From Macrostomum lignano (lineage: Eukaryota), in NCBI GenBank assembly GCA_002269645.1, contig NIVC01000905.1, forward strand, positions 310,162 through 374,161: 64,000 bases of DNA. The letters are read 5' to 3'. This document shows, one piece after another, positions 54,975 to 64,000 of the stretch (positions are counted from its first letter, which is position 1; each line of letters begins with the position of its first letter). Made by a program: the position numbers and the translations under genes. The notes below the pieces were generated by a model that was not told the origin of the DNA, made no database searches, and worked only from the letters and a program-made list of their open reading frames with translations.

Positions 54975-56440
54975 ATGAGCTCAGTAAATTTCGCAGCTTC
55001 CAGCGGCCCCATCATGCCGGACTGGTCGGGAATCACCCTGAAGTCGACACTGAAAGACGCCTACGCCGATTGCATCTTGCGGCTGTTCCAGCCATTCAAA
55101 AGCAAATCCTGGGACGTCGCCTTCGATGCCGGCACTTTTAAATCGTCGCTGGTGAACAGCTGCGAATTGCGCGACTCGCCCGAGGTGGAACCGTCGGGGT
55201 GGACGCCGCTGCACTATGCGGCCAGTGCCGGTGCCCCGGCCTGGGTGGCCGAGCGGCTGGTTGAAGCCGGTGCGGCTCGGTGCGCCAAGGACTGGCTGGG
55301 CAGGACTCCGCTGGATTTGGCTAAAAGTGTGCCAGGATGCGGACAGGTGAGAGGCCAAAGTGCAGGGGTAATTCTTTGGTTATTCGCATATTTTTAGATA
55401 ACTCTCCCATTAGCATATGTGATCCTTAGTTTTGGGATATTTCTCCCATTAGCTTATGGGATCCTCAGTTTTGGGATATTTCTCCCATTAGCTTATGGAA
55501 TCCTCAGTTTTGGGATATTTCTCCCATTAGCATATGGGATCCTTAGGTTTGGGATATTTCTCCCATTAGCATATGTGATCCTCAGTTTTGGGATATTTCT
55601 CCCATTAGCATATGGGATCCTTTGGTTTGGGATATTTCTCCCATTAGCTTATGGGATCCTCAGTTTTGGGATATTTCTCCCATTAGCTTATGGGATCCTT
55701 AGGTTTGGGATATTTCTCCCATTAGCATATGGGATCCTTAGGTTTGGGATATTTCTCCCATTAGCATATGTGATCCTTAGGTTTGGGATATTTCTCCCAT
55801 TAGCTTATGGGATCCTCAGTTTTGGGATATTTCTCCCATTAGCATATGGGATCCTTAGGTTTGGGATATTTCTCCCATTAGCATATGTGATCCTTAGGTT
55901 TGGGATATTTCTCCCATTAGCTTTTAGGATCCCCAGTTTTGGGATATTTTTTTCATTAGCTTATAGAAAACTCAGTTTATGGGATAATTCTCCCATCTGT
56001 ATTGTCCCTCAATATTCGCCTACTTATATTTCCCATAATTCCCTCGAATTACCTTCCTTCAGGACCTCCTGGCAGCCCTGACGCCAAGTTTTCACCTGCC
56101 AGCTGAACAGCTCGACAACTCTCAGCTAGACGCCATGGAGAGCCATTTCCACGGCCTAATCAAAGAAGCATCTATGGGTCTGTCCGATAAAGGTCACCTC
56201 AGTATGCTCCCAGTTCGAGTCCTGCTCGAATCTCACCTGACATCCGGCTTAAACGATTGCTGGAATTTTCCTATACCGGGCATGTACGGCGGGTTCTATA
56301 ATATTCACCTGGTGCTGGGCGGCGATGGCCGGGTGTCGCATCTGCAGTGCGAGAGCTGGTGTCGCGTCTCCGGAGGCTCCGGTCGGAGGGACAAGGTCAC
56401 CGCCGACGGGGTGGAACTGCTTGAGTCCGGGTTTGTGTGA
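54975..56440 (+). CDS. Ankyrin-repeat protein with a conserved PGMYGGF/SWCRVxGGSG C-terminal domain, 249 aa
   Basis: Exons 54975-55346 and 56063-56440 (phase 0, GT-AG). Ankyrin motifs GWTPLHYAASAG and KDWLGRTPLDLA; C-terminus FPIPGMYGGF...ESWCRVSGGSGRRDKVTADGVELLESGFV*. Confidence 0.85.
55410..55975. repeat. 39-bp minisatellite in the ankyrin gene intron
   Basis: (GGGATCCTCAGTTTTGGGATATTTCTCCCATTAGCTTAT)n seen directly. Confidence 0.95.
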
Positions 56441-56524
56441 CCAAGTTTGAAAATTTATGTCTGTTAAACCTCTGACTGAAATATGGAATGCCTTTAGGCA
56501 ATGTTTTACTAAAATAATTTGTAC

Positions 56525-58150
56525 CTTTCGGGGAATTATATACCTATAAGCCAGTAGGATTATTGGGGGAATTTTGTATCCTCATTAGCCAGTAGGATTA
56601 TTGGGGGAATTTTGTATCCTCATTAGCCAGTAGGATTATTGGGGGAATTGTATCCTCATTAGCCAGTAGGATTATTGGGGGAATTGTATCCTCATTAGCC
56701 AGTAGGATTATTGGGGGAATTGTATCCTCATTAGCCAGTAGGATTATTGGGGGGATTGTATCCCTATTAGCCAGTAGGATTATTGGGGGAATTATATCCT
56801 CATGAGCCAGTAGGATTATTGTGGGAATTATATCCTCATGAGCCAGTAGGATTATTGGGGGAATTATATCCACATGAGCCAGTAGGATTATTGTGGGAAT
56901 TATATCCTCATGAGCCAGTAGGATTATTGTGGGAATTATATCCTCATGAGACAGTAGGATTATTGGGGGAATTTTATCCTCATGAGCCAGTAGGATTATT
57001 GGGGGAATTGTATCCTCATTAGCCAGTAGGATTATTGGGGGGATTGTATCCCTATTAGCCAGTAGGATTATTGGGGGAATTATATCCTCATGAGCCAGTA
57101 GGATTATTGTGGGAATTATATCCTCATGAGCCAGTAGGATTATTGGGGGAATTATATCCACATGAGCCAGTAGGATTATTGTGGGAATTATATCCTCATG
57201 AGCCAGTAGGATTATTGTGGGAATTATATCCTCATGAGCCAGTAGGATTATTGGGGGAATTTTATCCTCATGAGCCAGTAGGATTATTGGGGGAATTGTA
57301 TCCACATGAGCCAGTAGGATTATTGTGGGAATTATATCCTCATGAGCCAGTAGGATTATTGTGGGAATTATATCCTCATGAGCCAGTAGGATTATTGGGG
57401 GGGATTGTATCCTCATGAGCCAGTAGGATTATTGGGGGGATTGTATCCCTATTAGCCAGTAGGATTATTGGGGGAATTATATCCTCATGAGCCAGTAGGA
57501 TTATTGTGGGAATTATATCCTCATGAGCCAGTAGGATTATTGGGGGAAGTATATCCTCATGAGCCAGTAGGATTATTGGGGGAAGTATATCCTCATGAGC
57601 CAGTAGGATTATTGGGGTAATTATATCCTCATGAGCCAGTAGGATTATTGTGGGAATTATATCCTCATGAGCCAGTAGGATTATTGGGGGAATTGTATCC
57701 TCATGATCCAGTAGGATTATTGGGGAATTTTATCCTCATGAGCCAGTAGGATTATTGTGGGAATTATATCCTCATGAGCCAGTAGGATTATTGTGGGAAT
57801 TATATCCTCATGAGCCAGTAGGATTATTGGGGGGGATTGTATCCTCATGAGCCAGTAGGATTATTGGAGGAATTATATCCTCATGAGCCAGTAGGATTAT
57901 TGGGGGAATTATATCCTCATGAGCCAGTAGGATTATTGTGGGAATTATATCCTCATGATCCAGTAGGATTATTGGGGAATTTTATCCTCATGAGCCAGTA
58001 GGATTATTGGGGGAATTTTATCCTCATGATCCAGTAGGATTATTGGGGAATTTTATCCTCATGATCCAGTAGGATTATTGGGGAATTATATCCTCATGAG
58101 CCAGTAGGATTATTGGGGAATTTTATCCTCATGAGCCAGTAGGATTATTG
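56525..58150. repeat. 36-bp minisatellite (GGAATTATATCCTCATGAGCCAGTAGGATTATTGTG)n
   Basis: About 45 copies seen directly. Confidence 0.97.
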
Positions 58151-58640
58151 AAGCAATCCTTAATTATCAATTTAAGTCCTAATAGATTTTAATTTAGTAT
58201 ATTTAGATTGTTCTATACAGGTGTGTCCGAATGCAGATTACGGAGTTCTGTCTGCATGTATTTTATTCCGTTAATGCTCACGTTTTTATATTAATAGAAT
58301 ATTTATTTTTGTTATCTACTCAAGATGTATTTTCAGTATACGAGCGTATTGATAAGTATACACATTTTTAGATAACTTTCCTAAATCCAGTCTGTGATTA
58401 CACCGAAATTCCCCTGTGCATCTTGTGATTCTTTCTGCTTTTATTGACACATTTTTTATTCTTAATGTGCTATCCTATAAACATATCAATATCTTATTGA
58501 AATAGACTTGACAAAAATTTTAAAAAGCTTTAGACAACTTGCATAATCTTTGTTGTATTGTCAGGCAAAAATAATTTTCTGAATCTCTCGCTTCTTGTAC
58601 TTCATGCCTTGAAAATGTCTGGCGTTTCAAATGCAGTCTG

Positions 58641-62600
<3,960 letters not shown>

Positions 62601-62919
62601 TAAATACGAGCTCGTAGATACACAGCTAGATAGATCTATAGATAGGTAGTTTTTTTACAGTAAATTCTTATTGACTGAAGCAATAGCAGAAACCCTTTGA
62701 ATTCTGTCTGTCTGTCTGTCTGTCTGAAACATCGTTTTATGGCAGAAATAATAAACGTGTGGACTCTGTCAACAGCCAGACCGGCAGGTAGCAAATGTAA
62801 TTCAAAGGGGAATGCATCGCATTAATTCAGAAGAGTCATTTTGCATAATAGCGTGTGACGGAGCAGCTGTACCAGTCTATAAAGCTGCTAGAGCGGACAA
62901 GTCCTACAGTGTTGTCTTG

Positions 62920-64000
62920 ATGGAATTGCACACCATGAAAGAGGGCAACAGGCCGTCTATTTCGAATTTAGTCAGAGAATTAGTCTCCGAGAGCACAGCT
63001 CACGGAATCAGCCGAGTGACTTCAAGCTGGCGCGATGTGATACTCAGAGTCCTTTGGCTGGCTTGTTTCGTCGGCTTCCTCATCCTGATGATCAACACGT
63101 CGAGGACCTTCGTTCATCGGCTGAGACACCCTGGCGTTAAATCTGAACTTAGAGCGACGACGTGAATGTGGCTTTCGAGTTTCGGATTTGTACTTTTGCA
63201 ACACAATGCTAGCTGCTGGCTCGTCAATTTATCTGCTAAATGAGACCGAGTTAGATCAGGTGACGATTGCGATTGTCAACCTTCAACTGGTCAGCAGTGA
63301 GTCGACCCGCCTGAGTTCGTTGTTCCGTTGGTTTTTTTTAGAGGCATGGGGATTGTGTGCACCCTGGCGCACTTTAAGCCAATAGGCACACAACCGGCGA
63401 GAGGCATTACTGCCCATTCCGCCGACTCCCTGAGCAGGCATACAAGCGCGCGATACGCTACGCAGGCACACACTCACACAGGAGTGTACAGCGGCCCTAA
63501 CTTTATATTATCATTAGGCATGTACACTTCACTTCGCCTTGGGGGGTTGGCTCTCAAGGCCGTTAATTGCACAAGCGAGCCAAGCCGAAATTCCAATTCA
63601 GCTCCAAATTAATGTGGCTGCACTTGGAATCGAGCCTGGGTCGCTGGCACACCAGAGCAGCTGGGCTACCGCTGGGCTACGGCCCCCCTGGTTCCGTTGG
63701 TTATCATTCAGTCCATGCCGTACGGTCTCCTAGCGGATCTCGTCGGCCAGAGGAAGAGCAGACATTCTACAGGAACTATGGCATATTCAGTGCCGGCTCG
63801 AGGCAGTCTCTGGACTCGCCAGTGAAGATTGAAACTCTGCATCATCCGGAGCACCTGTGTATTTCATTACAATGGACGTGTACCACTTGTACTCGACGAA
63901 AAGAATCAGTTCCTGGATGGTAGAAAGGCAGTCGGTTTATCTCACGACTGGGATTTAGCTGATCGTTCGCTACTATGCCAGGGGCAGCGGCATGCTGCTG
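62920..64000 (+). pseudogene. DEG/ENaC (ASIC-like) channel, 5' part, frameshifted
   Basis: ESTAHGISRV (HG motif), TM1 RVLWLACFVGFLILMIN, then DLYFCN (FPxxTxCN-like) in another frame; donor at 63260. Downstream sequence from 63710 has no continuous frame. Confidence 0.75.
63345..63688 (-). mobile_element. tRNA-derived SINE, family B
   Basis: The reverse complement has GGGGCCGTAGCCCAGCGGTAG (A box) and GGCTCGATTCC (B box); the body matches 35873-36190. Confidence 0.75.

Noticed and set aside
55410-58150. 36-39 bp periodic arrays as CRISPR
   Set aside because: Units are contiguous with no unique spacers, there are no cas genes and the context is eukaryotic.

Overview
AT-rich animal genomic DNA with GT-AG spliceosomal introns and heavy mini/microsatellite load. 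The style fits a free-living flatworm such as Macrostomum, but that is inference only. Genes assembled by hand across introns: an intact V-ATPase subunit A (6 exons, 627 aa); an 8-exon, 509-aa JMJD8-like JmjC oxygenase with an N-terminal membrane anchor and C-terminal TPR repeats; a 2-exon ankyrin protein whose C-terminal domain resembles bacterial proteins; two tandem intronless ORFs (635 and 256 aa) sharing an unrecognised helical domain; a C-type lectin/PAN-like gene end; and a frameshifted DEG/ENaC channel 5' end. A family of 64-84 aa micro-exon genes (CCxH Cys motif plus C-terminal Gly/Ala-rich hydrophobic helix) occurs at three loci and is largely invisible to the ORF track. An orphan, damaged BTAF1/Mot1 last exon lies between two minisatellites. 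Mobile DNA includes a 5'-truncated APE+RT LINE, RTE-like LINE remnants, a deleted mariner, a solo-LTR-like element, two tRNA-derived SINE families and very short hAT-type MITEs with 8-bp TSDs. No CRISPR array, rRNA or intact tRNA was seen. Most long ORFs in the track are artefacts of tandem repeats. No searches were run, so homology calls come from recognised motifs.
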